From the human T2T-CHM13v2.0 reference genome, Homo sapiens, in NCBI RefSeq assembly GCF_009914755.1, contig NC_060928.1: DNA of 64,000 bases; one strand, written 5' to 3'. Below the pieces are notes generated by a model. The model was not told where the DNA came from, did no database searches, and saw only the letters and a list, made by a program, of their open reading frames with translations. The translations under genes were made by a program, and so were the position numbers. Of this stretch, positions 47,744 through 64,000 are shown one piece after another (within the stretch, counting starts at the first letter, position 1; every line of letters begins with the position of its first letter).

Positions 47744-48583
47744 CAAATAAATAAATAATAAAAAATAAATATGTATTATCTTACTGTTCTGTAGGTCAGA
47801 AGTCCAAAATGAGCATTACTGGGCTAAAGTCAAGGTATGGAAAAAGCCTGTTCCTTCTGGAGGTTCTGAATAGACAGTCACGTCTTTGCCCTTTCCAGCT
47901 TCTGGTGGCTATACCTGTATTCCTCAGTTTGAGGCCCCGCCTTCAACTTCAAAGCACCTACTCCAGTTTCTGCCTATGCTGTCACATTGCCCTCTCCTAC
48001 TCCAACTCTGATGACGGCTGCAGCCCTTTTATAAAGAACACTGTGATTGCAACTTGTCTACTGGTTAATCCAAACTAATCTCCCCCTCTGAAGAGCGTTA
48101 ATTTAATCACATCTGCAAAGTTTCTTTTGCCATAGAAAGTAACATTCACGGGTTCTGGGGATTAGGATGTGAATATATCTGAGGGCCATTATCAGCTCAC
48201 CACACAGAGCAACAAAGAAAACTGAAATGGAGGGGTAATAAATGGAATCAGAAAAAAAATGGTAGAGGCTACGGAAGGAAAAAGCTCAAGGATGTCTTAC
48301 TCGACTACGTCAGTTAACTGAGTTAAAAAGGGATATAAGTGAAAAAGTCAGAAAAGGCCATTCGATTTGTGAATAAGAGAGCTTTGCCAGGTTGATTTCA
48401 AACAGAAATGATATTGCAGGAGATTGAAGAGCAAACAGGAGAGAAGGACCTAAAGTTGGTAGGAATTGACTTAACTATTTTAAAAAGAAAAGGTAAACGA
48501 TTTGTTGAAGGAGGAAACAGAATACAGAGAAAATTTTTGCTAGAGTTTTTCTGGTTGTTTGGTTTCAGTTTTTTTTTTTTTAA

Positions 48584-49226
<643 letters not shown>

Positions 49227-49256
49227 ATTTTCAACTTTTTATTACAAAAATTTATA

Positions 49257-49551
<295 letters not shown>

Positions 49552-49841
49552 ATTTACAAATACAGAAAAGTTTAAAGAAAAGTACATGGAACACACACTT
49601 ATCAAACAATTAGATTTAACAACATTTTAGCAATTTATCCTATTTCCTTTATCTCCATATTTTTGGCTGGAACTTTTCAAAATATGTTTTAGACATCATG
49701 CCACTCAACCTGCATCTCCTAAGATCGAGACATTCTCATACATATCTACAAAATCATCACCTGCCCAAATATCATCTACCACGAATGTAGAGAAGTTTTT
49801 AGTTGTCTCACTAAAAACTTTGCACCCATCTAAAGCATTTA

Positions 49842-50120
49842 GATGGGTAAAAACATACAGCTAGATAGAAGGAATACATTCTAATATTTGATAGTAGAGT
49901 AGGGTGACTATAGTTAACTATAATATATTGTACATTTAAAAATTGCTAGAAGTAAGGACTTGCAATGTTCTCAACACATAGAAACGATACATGCTCATGG
50001 TGATGGATATGCTAAGTGCCTTGATTTCATCTTTACACATTCTATGTGTGTAATAAAATATTACATGTACCCCACAAATATGAACAAATATTATGTACCA
50101 ATAAAAACATTAAAATAAAT
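49842..50120 (+). mobile_element. L1MA-type 3' end
   Basis: ATGGGTAAAAACATACAGCTAGATAGAAGGAATA...AGGGTGACTATAGTTAAC...CATGTACCCCACAAATATG...AATAAAA. Confidence 0.85.
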
Positions 50121-51322
50121 AAGTCTGTTAGTATCCAAAATCAAAGAAGATGGCTTTCAGTGACTCAATTCTTCATTTAAATTTTCTAGCAAGCCTGTAA
50201 CAATCTATAGAAATCATTAAAAAAAGAAATTTACTTTTGCCACTGGCAGTCTTATTCTCCCCACTTCACACCACAGCTGCAGTGAAGATCAGTAGAACCA
50301 GGGAATTCTCCCTAGGTGGTGAGAAGCTCTCGTCACCCTTGATCATCCCGTCTCTCTCTATTCTAAATATTCCTCATAAAGTAATTCAAATGAACCCAAC
50401 AGCTAAACAGGAGACACCTGGGAACAACTGCCTGAAAGGCTGTAGTGGAAGTTGTTAGCCTCATATAAACATGAGTAAACAGACCAAATAACAGCTTGAA
50501 ATATTTAGTTTAACCCTCCATGAATCTACCGGATGTGCGAGTCATTTGTCTTGTAATTACCTCCCATCTCCTAGGCACAAATTTATCTACTTCAAACATT
50601 TCCCAGCAGAGCAGCTTTCCTTTCAATACATCTTGGTGCAGTTTTAAAAAAAAGGAAAGAAAAAAAAGAAAAGAAAGAAAGAAAAGATGGTGTTCCCAGA
50701 AATTTTGTGTAACCAAATATGTAATACAGACAAATTTGTAATTTTTTCCAACCTTTTATCTCCATTCACTATTCCATCAGAAGATAATTTTGTCCTTCAA
50801 ATCCAAACCAAATGACGCAAAATAGAGGTTGCAAAATGTGTGCTCGTCTGAACTCTTTCACTAGTGTGACTATTGAAATTTGGAAGAAACTCAAATATTT
50901 TATTTTTAAGTGTGACTTAGCAGAGACTGGAAGACATTAAAGACTCTGCAGAGCTCAGCACCTGTTCAGCAACATTTAATGAAAAGCAGAAAGTTCTCTC
51001 TTGGGCCACGAATTCAAACAATTTAAAATTATTACCAGTAATGGGCCTGAAACCCATTATAAAAACTGTGGGGTTTTGTGCCCTGGAATTTATATCATCA
51101 GCAAGTTGTTGGAACCAAGAGGTTTGGTTGTAACAGCAGAGAGAGAGGCAGGAGTCCATAACTGCCTTTCATCCAATGAGGCATTCATGACAGCTTAATC
51201 CAGCCAGCCAGGCATGTTAAAATACAACAGGAGATGTAGGTGAGTGTATTCTCTTACATTCACCCACACTCTTTCCTTGCATTTAAGACTTCTCCACATT
51301 TTACTGATTCATCAAAAAAGTA

Positions 51323-51612
51323 GGCTGGGTGCAGTGGCTCATGCCTGTAATCCCAGCCTTTTGGGAGGCTGAGGCAGGTGGATTGCTAGAGGCCAGGAGG
51401 TCATAGACAAGCCTGGGCAACATAGCAAGACTCCATCTGTACAAAAAAAATTAAACCTTAGGTGGATGTGATGGCCAGCACCTATAGTCCTAGCTGCTCA
51501 AGAGGCTGAAGTGGAAGGATTACTTGAGCCCAGAAGCTCAAGGCAAGAGTAAGCTACGATGGTGTCATTACACTCCAGCCTAGGTGTTAGAGTGAGACCG
51601 TTTCCAAAAAAT
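51323..51612 (+). mobile_element. AluJ
   Basis: Diverged dimer. Confidence 0.9.
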
Positions 51613-52229
51613 AAATTTTTTAACTTAAAAAAATTATTTTAAGTAAAAAAATAAATGTAGGAGCTAAGATGCTGCTTGCTGTTGCAAAGTCAAATCCCTG
51701 CTAAATGGTGAAGGTAGACATTAAAATCCATCACTTTAGGAAGCAGCAAGAGAACCTGAGTGTTTGTGAGAACAGAAGATTGAGGAAACAGAAGTCACAC
51801 TACTGAGTTTCAGAGATTTCACTATGCTCCAACACACTGCATTTCTGGTAGAGGACTGAAGTCAGAGCTTTCAAAGGTAATCATTAATATACACAGTCAA
51901 AGCACTAAGATTGTTAAGGACCCCATAAATCATGAAAAACTTAAAGGTACCCAATTCAATGTGTGATGTGATGCCTCTCTAACTTCTGCCACCAAATAAA
52001 AATTCCACTGTTCTGTTCCCTTTTCTTGTAGTCAAATCTTCTGTTCTTCCCCACACACCCTACAGCAGGACAGGTGAAGCAGGCAGCAGGAAATGAGACT
52101 AATGAGCCACGTTATTAAAAATAAAGAAACTGGATATGCTGCATGATCACCCTCCACTGAGTATGTCATTCACCTGCTATTGTTGTCTCAACCTGAATGT
52201 GACTCTAAGTGCAATAGGGCTGCCATTGA

Positions 52230-52420
52230 TAATCAAAGCAAGCGTTTTGCTCACAGGCCCAGCACATGCATTCTCACTCATTCCTCATCCTTCTCCAATC
52301 AGACTTTATTCCCATTTACAGAGAAGAAATTAAAGGACACAGTCAACATGTAGTAGAGCTAAAATTTGCACCCAGATCTTTCTGATCCCAGAATATAGGG
52401 CTCTTAACTACTACATTATA
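52230..52420 (-). mobile_element. MIR
   Basis: TTATTCCCATTTACAGAGAAGAAATTAAAGGACAC...AGAGCTAAAATTTGCACCCAGATC...GCTCTTAACTACTACATTATACTG. Confidence 0.7.
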
Positions 52421-53394
52421 CTGTCTTTATTGAAATAAAATGAGATGCCTAAAAATTGAAATAAATGAAAAGAAAGGGAAATCAAAAAGGAAAGAAATGC
52501 ATGAGGCTATGTTCTCCAAATTCCTTCAAAAAGGCAAATTCCATTCCCATGTGAAACATGGAGATGATGTTTCCTGTGACACATTCAAAATGTCACTGTA
52601 AATAACATCAATAAAGCATTTTCTGTACGGCATGCATGCTGCGCAGTTGGGTAAATGGGGTGTGTGCCTGGGACCAGCTAACACAGATAGTTTGGAGAGG
52701 ATGGAGAGTCTTTAGTGCTCTCCTCTGACCTGATATCCATGGTAAAATAAATATCTGTCATGTCACTGCAAATTGCAATGTTTTAATTCTTCTTGATTTA
52801 GTGGCAGGAGTTAAAATATGTAATGTACATAGAAGGAATAAAGAGGTATGGGCTTCGTCCTCTTGGGAGAAAATCAGTATATATTATTAGCTACATTCCA
52901 AAGCTGAAAAGCGCTACTGTTTGAAGAATACTTATGGGGCATAAGAGTCTTCTTTGGCAAGAATAATTTGATTCTATGGCAGAGAGAGAAAGAGAAGGCC
53001 TTATTGTCTGCAAAAGTAAAGGTGGTTTTATGTCTAATCTTTAATTTGACCACTACCATTGTGCAATTAGCTACTTCTAGATTGATTGTTAAAGCCTATT
53101 TGATCAAACGGAAAACTTTTGGAAATAAAATCACAAATGGATGGCTAAATTTGTGTGGATTATTCTAAGTCATGAAATGCTAATGCTTTTAGAAGAGTTG
53201 AGCTTCCTGAAAGCATCTGATGCCAAAACAGTGTTGGTGGCCTTAATAAGCATTTTAGTAATTAAGAGATGTATAAAGTTATTTGTTGAATTATTTTTAA
53301 AGTCAGTATGTTTGTTGGCTACTCTGACAATAGCTAAGTCTATTTCAAATGTTTTACTCAATTTCATTTAAAAAGCCTTTTAAAAGAGAAATTA

Positions 53395-53727
<333 letters not shown>

Positions 53728-54202
53728 TTAAGTACAGCCATGAAAACACTGAAATAGTCATAAGGACTTCAATATGAAAACACCTTTAAAAACAGATCTT
53801 TGCCTGATATGTAATTTTAACATTCTCTGGGGTGAATGACAGTGGGGAATAAACTTCCCTTCTCCAATACAGGTCTTGACTACGTCTCCTTCCCCATAGT
53901 AATTCAAGAGGTGATGGTGGAACCATTTCATTTCATTGTCATTTCTTTGTCCCTTAACATACAGATATTGGTTCTTCTTTTTCAGTGATGATATTGGTTC
54001 TTCTTTTTCTTACATCTCTAGAAATCTACCTTAGTCCTAAAAAATAAGTACCTTATAATTTTTAAATTATCTAAATTACAAATTAACTCAATATTTCATA
54101 TGTGAACTCCATATTGGGAAATGGCTGAGGAGGGTGATGGTCAAAGAAGGAGGCCTACAATTCTGTGAAATCTTAATTTGTCCCCTGCCATACCCATTCA
54201 CA

Positions 54203-54300
54203 GCACACACACACACAAAACTCACACACAATCACATGCACACTCACACAAACATACTTGTACACACAAATTCATACACACATTCATACACACACACACT
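54203..54300. repeat. CA-rich degenerate repeat
   Basis: Interrupted (CA)n. Confidence 0.85.
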
Positions 54301-54527
54301 GCCTAAGCCCTATTGACTTGTCCATTCTCACTGGGTAGTCAACATATTCTGATAAAAGATCAGGTTCAAAATTTTTCTTTGACAAGGGATGAAACGAACA
54401 CCAACACCACCAAAAGCCACTTAGATTATCTTAGGATATGATAGGACAAAGAAAACTAGAAACAGCTTTGCAATCAAACAAGATGTGGAGCTAAGTAAGG
54501 CAAATCTCATAGACTCATGTTCCATGA

Positions 54528-54919
<392 letters not shown>

Positions 54920-55560
54920 TGCAGCTTCTATTTTTATACACAAGTGAAAATTGGTAAGAAGTTGAACACTGGTCCTCTATAATAAATCTAAGTGCCACTT
55001 TTGATTAGCTGGAAACCATTAAATGTCCTTTCTTAATTCCTTTACCATAGAGTGTGCACAAAACGTGGATTACTTCCCAAAACAAGTCCATTAATTAGGG
55101 GGAATATTTTTACCTTTCCCAAGTTTTTGTGTCTCTCTCTAGAGAGGAATATGACATGTTGCCCTAATTTGGAGTATACAATTTCATAGAAGAATATTTA
55201 CTTTATAAATTAATTCTGACTGATGATTTAAAAAAAGAGAAGCATCCAGAAGCTTGGCACAATTTTTTTTAAATATTTTTATTAGTGGTACATCCCTAAT
55301 TCTTTTTTCCACTTGTATTTAGTTGTTATTTTCTTACTTTCACTTTATTTTCCAGTCTTCCCCACCCCCCGATGAAACCGAGTCTCATGTCTACATTCTT
55401 ATGCCTGACACCTTTCTAGTGTATAAAATGATAGATTAACACATCAATCATAAAGTGTGTAGTGAGATATTTTTATTAGAAGATAAAGGGCAACATTAGG
55501 ATGAGAAGAATAGGAGAAAATATTTTTAAAGAAGAGAAGGGATAGTCAATAGATATTCAT

Positions 55561-55889
<329 letters not shown>

Positions 55890-55963
55890 TCACTTTTTCT
55901 TCTTCCTCATACTTCTTCTACATGAGACTTAAATTTGGAGTGGGTGCAGAAAGATCTATGGTT

Positions 55964-56270
55964 GGCTAGGTGTGGTGGCTCACACCTGTAATCCCAGCAC
56001 TTTAGGAAGCCAAGACGGGTGAATCACTTGAGCCCAGGAGTTCAGGACCAGCCTGGGAAACATAATGAAACCCCATCTCTACAAAAAAAAAAAAAAAAAA
56101 AAAAAATACAAAAATTAGTTGGGTGTGGTGGTGCACACCTGTAGTTCCAGCTACTTGGGAGGCTCAGGTGGGAGGATCACTTGAGCCTGGGAGACAGAGG
56201 TCACAGTGAGCCAAGATAACACCACTGCACTCCAGCCTGGGCAACAGAGTGAGATCCTATCTTGAAAAAA
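55964..56270 (+). mobile_element. AluJb-like with expanded middle A-run
   Basis: TSD GATCTATGGTT 55953-55963 / 56487-56497 encloses the Alu plus the GGAA tract. Confidence 0.93.
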
Positions 56271-56271
56271 T

Positions 56272-56486
56272 GGAAGGAAGGAAGGAAGGAAGGAAGGAAG
56301 GAAGGAAGGAAGGAAGGAAGGAAAAAAGGAAGGAAGGATAAAAGGAAGGAAGGAAGGGATGAAGGAAGGAAAAAAAGGAAAGAAGGAAGGAGGGAAGGAA
56401 GGAAGAAAGGAAGGAAAGAGGAAAGGAAGGAAGGGAGAGAGGGAGGGAGAGAGGGAGGGAGGGAGGGAAGGAAAGAGGAAAGGAAG
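56272..56486 (+). repeat. GGAA-rich microsatellite
   Basis: (GGAA)13 at 56272-56323 followed by degenerate GGAA/GGGA units. Confidence 0.97.
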
Positions 56487-56663
56487 GATCTATGGTTTAA
56501 AATTTCCAGATCTGAAAGAAGACTCAAATGATCTTGGTTGGGGGTGGTAGTGCCAAACTATTAAGGTAAATAACTGTCATACATCACATATTTGACTATT
56601 CTTTTGGTTCAGGCAACTTTCATGAAAGATAATACAGGCAGTTTTGCCAACATGACACAGTAA

Positions 56664-57084
56664 TACAATGGTCTCTTGGTATCCATGGGGAATCGGTTCC
56701 AGGACCCCCATGGATACCAAAATCTGTGGATCCTCAAGTTTCTTATATAAAATGAGGTAGTAAGCTGGGCATGGTGGGCCAGGCCCATAGTTCCAGATAT
56801 TTGGAAGGCTGAGGAGAGAGGATTGCTGAGCCCAGGAGTTCAAGTTCAACCTGGGCAATATAGAAAAAATGATGTAGTATTTTTATATAACCTATGCACA
56901 CCCCCCTGTATGCTTTACATCATCTCTAGATTACTTATAATACCTAACACAATGTAAAGTCTATGTAAATTAGTTACATTGTATTATTATTATCATTTTT
57001 ATTGTTATTTTGTAATTTTTTCCCAAATATTTCCATTGGTTGAACTGGGGATGTGAAACCCAGGGATTCTAAAGGCCAACTGCA
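56664..57084 (+). mobile_element. MER2 (Tigger) fossil split by FLAM
   Basis: GGTATCCATGGGGAATCGGTTCCAGGACCCCCATGGATACCAAAATC...CATCTCTAGATTACTTATAATACCTAACACAATGTAAA...GGCCAACTG. Confidence 0.88.
56763..56862 (+). mobile_element. FLAM-A-like monomer
   Basis: TSD AAAATGA(G/T)GTAGTA. Confidence 0.8.
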
Positions 57085-58003
57085 ATTGAATTAAAACCCT
57101 TCCTCCTGTTTAAGACTTCAAAGAAAATAAAAATAATATGTAAGAGCTGGCCTTTTCAATACCCCTTCTGTGAGTTTATTATCTTGAAAACCTGGATATA
57201 GTTTTTAACTCAAAGTAATAATTGATGCCTTCAGACCAAGGTGTTTTAATTTCCCAGAGTTTATAAAATCTCCAAAATAGATACTATTAATCTAATTTGT
57301 AAAGCACATGGATTGAAGCTTATACATTTGCATAAATTAAATCTACCAGTCATTAATCTTGAGGTGAACTTTGCCAGTTGGTGGTTGTTTTCTGGTTCTC
57401 TGGACATAAAGGGAGCGGACAAGACATTTGAATGGTTCAATCTGTGTGGCATTTTGTGACCCACCAGGCAGGTCTTTCCTACCAGTCAGCCCTGGGCTAC
57501 ATTTTCTGTTCTGTGTGGACAGTGACAGTGTCCTCTTGGATTTTAACTCTTAACCTTTGTCTGGAGGCTGTGCAAATTAGATTATTTCATCAAATAAGAA
57601 AAATAACTTCTCAACGACATAACAATATAAACACCCCTGAACTTAATGTAGTTGAGCCATAAAAATGGTTTGTAGCATGGGTAGTCAAAATATAGAAGCA
57701 GATACAAGTCAGATTGAAGTTATTCTGGAAAATATCATTTTCTAGTACGGTAAAGGCTCCCAAACATTAGCTGTTTTTGCAGAAATGTTAAATTATCTTC
57801 CATTTGTTCTTTGCCCTTCAACATTTCTTTGCCTTATGACTACTATAAGTTCATTAGTTCCTTCATATGCATCTATAACTTATTTATATTTTGTTATTTG
57901 GAGTTAGGCTTTTTGAACTTACAAAGGTTAGTATTTATGAGCAAAGGGTAAAGTATTATCATTCAATATTATAGCAAAAGTAGGAGGGTTTCCTGAGTGA
58001 TAG

Positions 58004-58961
<958 letters not shown>

Positions 58962-59430
58962 TTAACAAGAGAGAGTGGCTGAGACCAGAAAGAAAATCTG
59001 TCCATGTGAAGATTTGGGGAAGATAATCCCATGAAGTGGGAAGAACAGGTGCAAATACTGTATGTGTGGGTTTCACAAGACTGGAACATAGCAAAGGAAG
59101 AGGAGGAGTAGGAGGTTACAACAGACAGATAGGCAAAAGACAGACTACAAAGGACTCAGAAGGAATTTGTGCCATATTTGACTTTGAGTGGGAAATCTAT
59201 CCAAAATACTTCTCATCATTTAAGACTTTGCTTCTGGGACTCAACAGAATCTTTTCTCGAGAAGAGACTCTTTTCTATAAGCATATTCCTGCTGCTCACT
59301 CAGCCACACTTATACCCCAACAAGCCCCAGCCATAGTTTTGGTCTGTGTTTCAAATAATTTGTATTATCTAAAATTATTTCAAAACTAATAAGTGTTTTT
59401 GAAATAAACAAACAAAATTTAGTATAATAA

Positions 59431-59761
<331 letters not shown>

Positions 59762-59920
59762 TCCACTAATTATTTTAAATCACAAAAGCAATACATGCTG
59801 TCTGCAGGTAACACAAAAATCTCGAAGAAGAAACAGCACTTATAATTCTACTACATAGAGATAACCACTGATAATGACAATAAAATGGTACATCTCCTTC
59901 CAATTTTTAAGAATATATAG

Positions 59921-59963
59921 GGCCAGGTGAGGTGACTCCATCTCAAAACAACAACAACAAAAA
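59921..59963 (+). mobile_element. Collapsed mini-Alu (5' head fused to 3' end and tail)
   Basis: GGCCAGGTGAGGTG + ACTCCATCTC + AAAACAACAACAACAAAAA. Confidence 0.7.
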
Positions 59964-60261
59964 TGTATATAAATACATAGAGAGAGAGTTTTCGTTTGTC
60001 TGTTTCTTGTTTTTGTTACCAAATTGAGTTCATGCTGTGTGTGCCGTTTTTTCACCTTGCTTAGGCAATCTTTAAGCCATTTTTTCTTCTTTACCCTTCT
60101 ACCTCCTGAGGAATTCCCCATTTTATCTGAGCTCATGACACATTTTTTTTAAAATTTTGATATTTCTAATGTTTATTCATTGTTTGTACATGTCTAGCAT
60201 AGCGGAAGTGTGCTGAGAATAATGTTCCTATGGTAAACCACCTACATAGTTGGGAACTGCA

Positions 60262-60480
60262 GGCTAGTACAGTGGATAGCAATGTGGAATCCAGGTTCTA
60301 ATTCTGACTCTGACTCATCCCTCTGAGGACAGCCAAGTTATTAACCTTTCTGTGGTTCAATTGCACTGTTCCTCCAGTAAAATGGAGCAACAATAGTTTC
60401 TACCTCCTAATGTGGTGGATATTGTAGAAGAATGTATGCCTTCAAGGTGTTCTCACATACCATGGACCTGGTAAATGGTT
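60262..60480 (+). mobile_element. MIR
   Basis: CCAGGTTCTAATTCTGACTCTGAC...CAAGTTATTAACCTTTCTGTG...GTAAAATGGAGCAACAATAGTTTCTACCTC. Confidence 0.7.
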
Positions 60481-61060
60481 GCCATGTTTTAAATTAAAAT
60501 GTTTGTTAACAATGAAGTGTATTTTCCCTCCAAATAATATCTGGGACATTGCTTTAACTGCCCACAAAGCTGTGGCATCTTTGGTAAGTCATTGTCTTAT
60601 AATTGTATAATTAGGAAAGTACATTTGCTTGTTAAGCCCTTGGTTGCTGTCAGTCCATGATGTCATGTTGGCATTCTTATTTATCAATCAATGTATCCCA
60701 TGGAATATCCCACTTGAAGAGCAGCACTTACTAATAGTATATTGATGTTGAAAATATTAGGTCTTAATCTGTGTTCAAGAGGGACTACTTAGTATTTGAT
60801 CAATTCCCACTCCCAGAAAGGAGATGGAAAAATCATTGGTGTGGAGATAAAAAAAAGTTATCACCTTTCATTAATCAACAGTTGTGGGCATTTGAGAGCA
60901 GAAAGAATCTTGCTACCACCCACCTATATGAGAACTTGGGAAACAGTCATCTGGGCCATACCTAGCAATCATCTGAGCTTCACTCCTAACCTGAGACAAT
61001 GCGCTGTTCTTGGCACATTACTAATTATATTAGCACAAGTCCACTTAAATATATTGGGGA

Positions 61061-61350
<290 letters not shown>

Positions 61351-61577
61351 CATACAAACTATATATATACACACACACATATATATATAATTTGGGGAAG
61401 GAATGCAGAATAGTGATTTTTGCAAACTGTATTAGTAGTACAAGTAGTCAGGCAACAGTTATTCGTAAACTACTTAGTAGCTTTTTTCCCTTCCTATTTG
61501 GCTCTGTAGGGGTAGACAGTAGTTCTTGTGCAAACTAGCTATCCTTGAGCTACTCTTTAAAGCAGATAGGTAAACTA

Positions 61578-61885
<308 letters not shown>

Positions 61886-62515
61886 CTAAATTTATCAATA
61901 GAAATATTTACAGAAATTTAAAAATCATCAGTATGAAAGTATTATCTCTGTTCATTGGATAAATATTGACTAAATCTGAAACTGAAATTCTGATAGACTG
62001 ATAGAAATTAAATTTGCTTTTAAATAATATATTAATTTAAATGTAATTAGACTTATAATTGCAATAAAACATTTGAGTATTCATGATACAAATAAGACCA
62101 TGTTTTAGCTTTGTAAAAATCATAAATAAAAAAAATTTAGACTTTTATAATTTCAAGTGGTTAAAAGGTTTTACAACCAATCTCAATGTGTGTAACATTC
62201 TATGTAGAATAGCAAGAGTTCAGTTTTCGAAACTACTTAGTAATGAGATGCAAGTATCAGAAGAATGTTTATCTAGAAACCTGTCAGGTCCCTATCAATC
62301 TTTAGACTTCAAAATTTTACAATTCTCTAACAGTATTAAAAGTTTTTCATGGCCTTCTTCTGAATGTTTTAATACGATTCCACTATTTGTAATATAAAAA
62401 TACTGTTAGAATATGATCACTAATAAGAAAATTATTTTAGAAAGTAATATATTCAACTTTGAGTTAGTTTAGATAACCTTAGTGATGCAAAATATTTCAT
62501 TAATATAAAGCAAGA

Positions 62516-63187
<672 letters not shown>

Positions 63188-63480
63188 TCATGTCACTTTA
63201 AACATACAGTCTTCTGAAAGCAGAGACTAGAATTTCACATGATAGACCAAGTTCAAAATTTTTAAGATATAAAATATGTTAATCCATAAAAACAAAAGCA
63301 AAGATTGCAAACAGAATGTCTAAAATCTCCTTATTATAAAGAAGCATAAGGTATGTGTAAAATTAACATTGTGAATATGAATATACTACACTCAATCTTA
63401 ATGCCCACCGCCCTTCAAAAAACTTGTCTCTTCATTTTCTGAACTGTTAAGGAGGAAGAGGCTCTAAAGGTGGCAGAATA

Positions 63481-64000
63481 GGCCGGGTGCAGTGACTCAT
63501 GCCTGTAATCCCAGCATTTCAGGGGGCCGAGGCGGGCTGATCACCTGAGGTCAAGAGTTCAAGACTGGCCGAGCACAGTGGCTGAAGCCTGTAATCCCAG
63601 CACTTTGGGAGGCCGAGGCGGGTGGATCACCTGAGGTCAGGAGTTCAAGATCAGCCTGGCCAACATGGTGAAACCCCGTCACTACTAAAAATACAAAAAA
63701 AATTAGCTGGGTGTGGTGGTGAACACTTGTAACCCCAGCTACTTGGGAGGCTGAAGCAGGAGAATCGCTTGCACCTGAGGGGCGGAGGTTGCAGTGAGCC
63801 GAGATCTGCCACTGCACTCCAGCCTGGATGACAGAGGGAGACTCTGTCTCAAACAAAAAAAAAAGAAAAAGAAAGAGTTAAAGACCAGACTGACCAACTT
63901 GGTGAAACCCCGTCTATACTGAAAATACAAAATTATTGGGAATAGAGGCAGGCGCCTGTAATCCCAGCTACTCCAGGAGGCTGAGGCAGGAGAGTCGCTT
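63481..64000 (+). mobile_element. AluS (host) split by a second AluS; runs off window end
   Basis: Pieces 63481-63565 and 63873-64000. Confidence 0.92.
63567..63872 (+). mobile_element. AluSx inserted in host Alu B-box
   Basis: TSD AAGAGTT(C/A)AAGAC 63553-63565 / 63873-63885. Confidence 0.94.

Overview
Human intergenic/3'-gene-end DNA. The human call rests on a near-consensus AluYg6 at 41805-42118, a human-specific subfamily. The only protein-coding sequence I can support is a short terminal coding exon at 4784-4887 (+), translating to [34 protein letters not shown]. From memory this is the C-terminus of the microprotein SMIM31 (formerly LINC01207, chr4q32; APELA is the next gene downstream, outside the window). 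The rest is AT-rich non-coding DNA with about 63 Alu/FLAM/FRAM copies (manual count), L1/L2/MIR fragments, solo LTRs (MLT2, MSTA, MLT1, MER31, LTR47, MER34), DNA transposon fossils (MER2, MER5, MER33, MER58, MER63, MADE1) and several microsatellites. Nearly all ORFs in the supplied track are Alu, microsatellite or chance frames. I see no evidence of a new multi-gene system. The most interesting signals are an abutting inverted Alu pair in the probable SMIM31 3'UTR, three Alu-tail-born GGAA microsatellites, and several odd retrotransposition products. These include a tail-less Alu with a perfect TSD, an Alu capped by about 50 nt of young L1, a collapsed 24-nt Alu and a poly(A)-only insertion. 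Repeat subfamily names are recognised by eye and boundaries are approximate unless a TSD is quoted.
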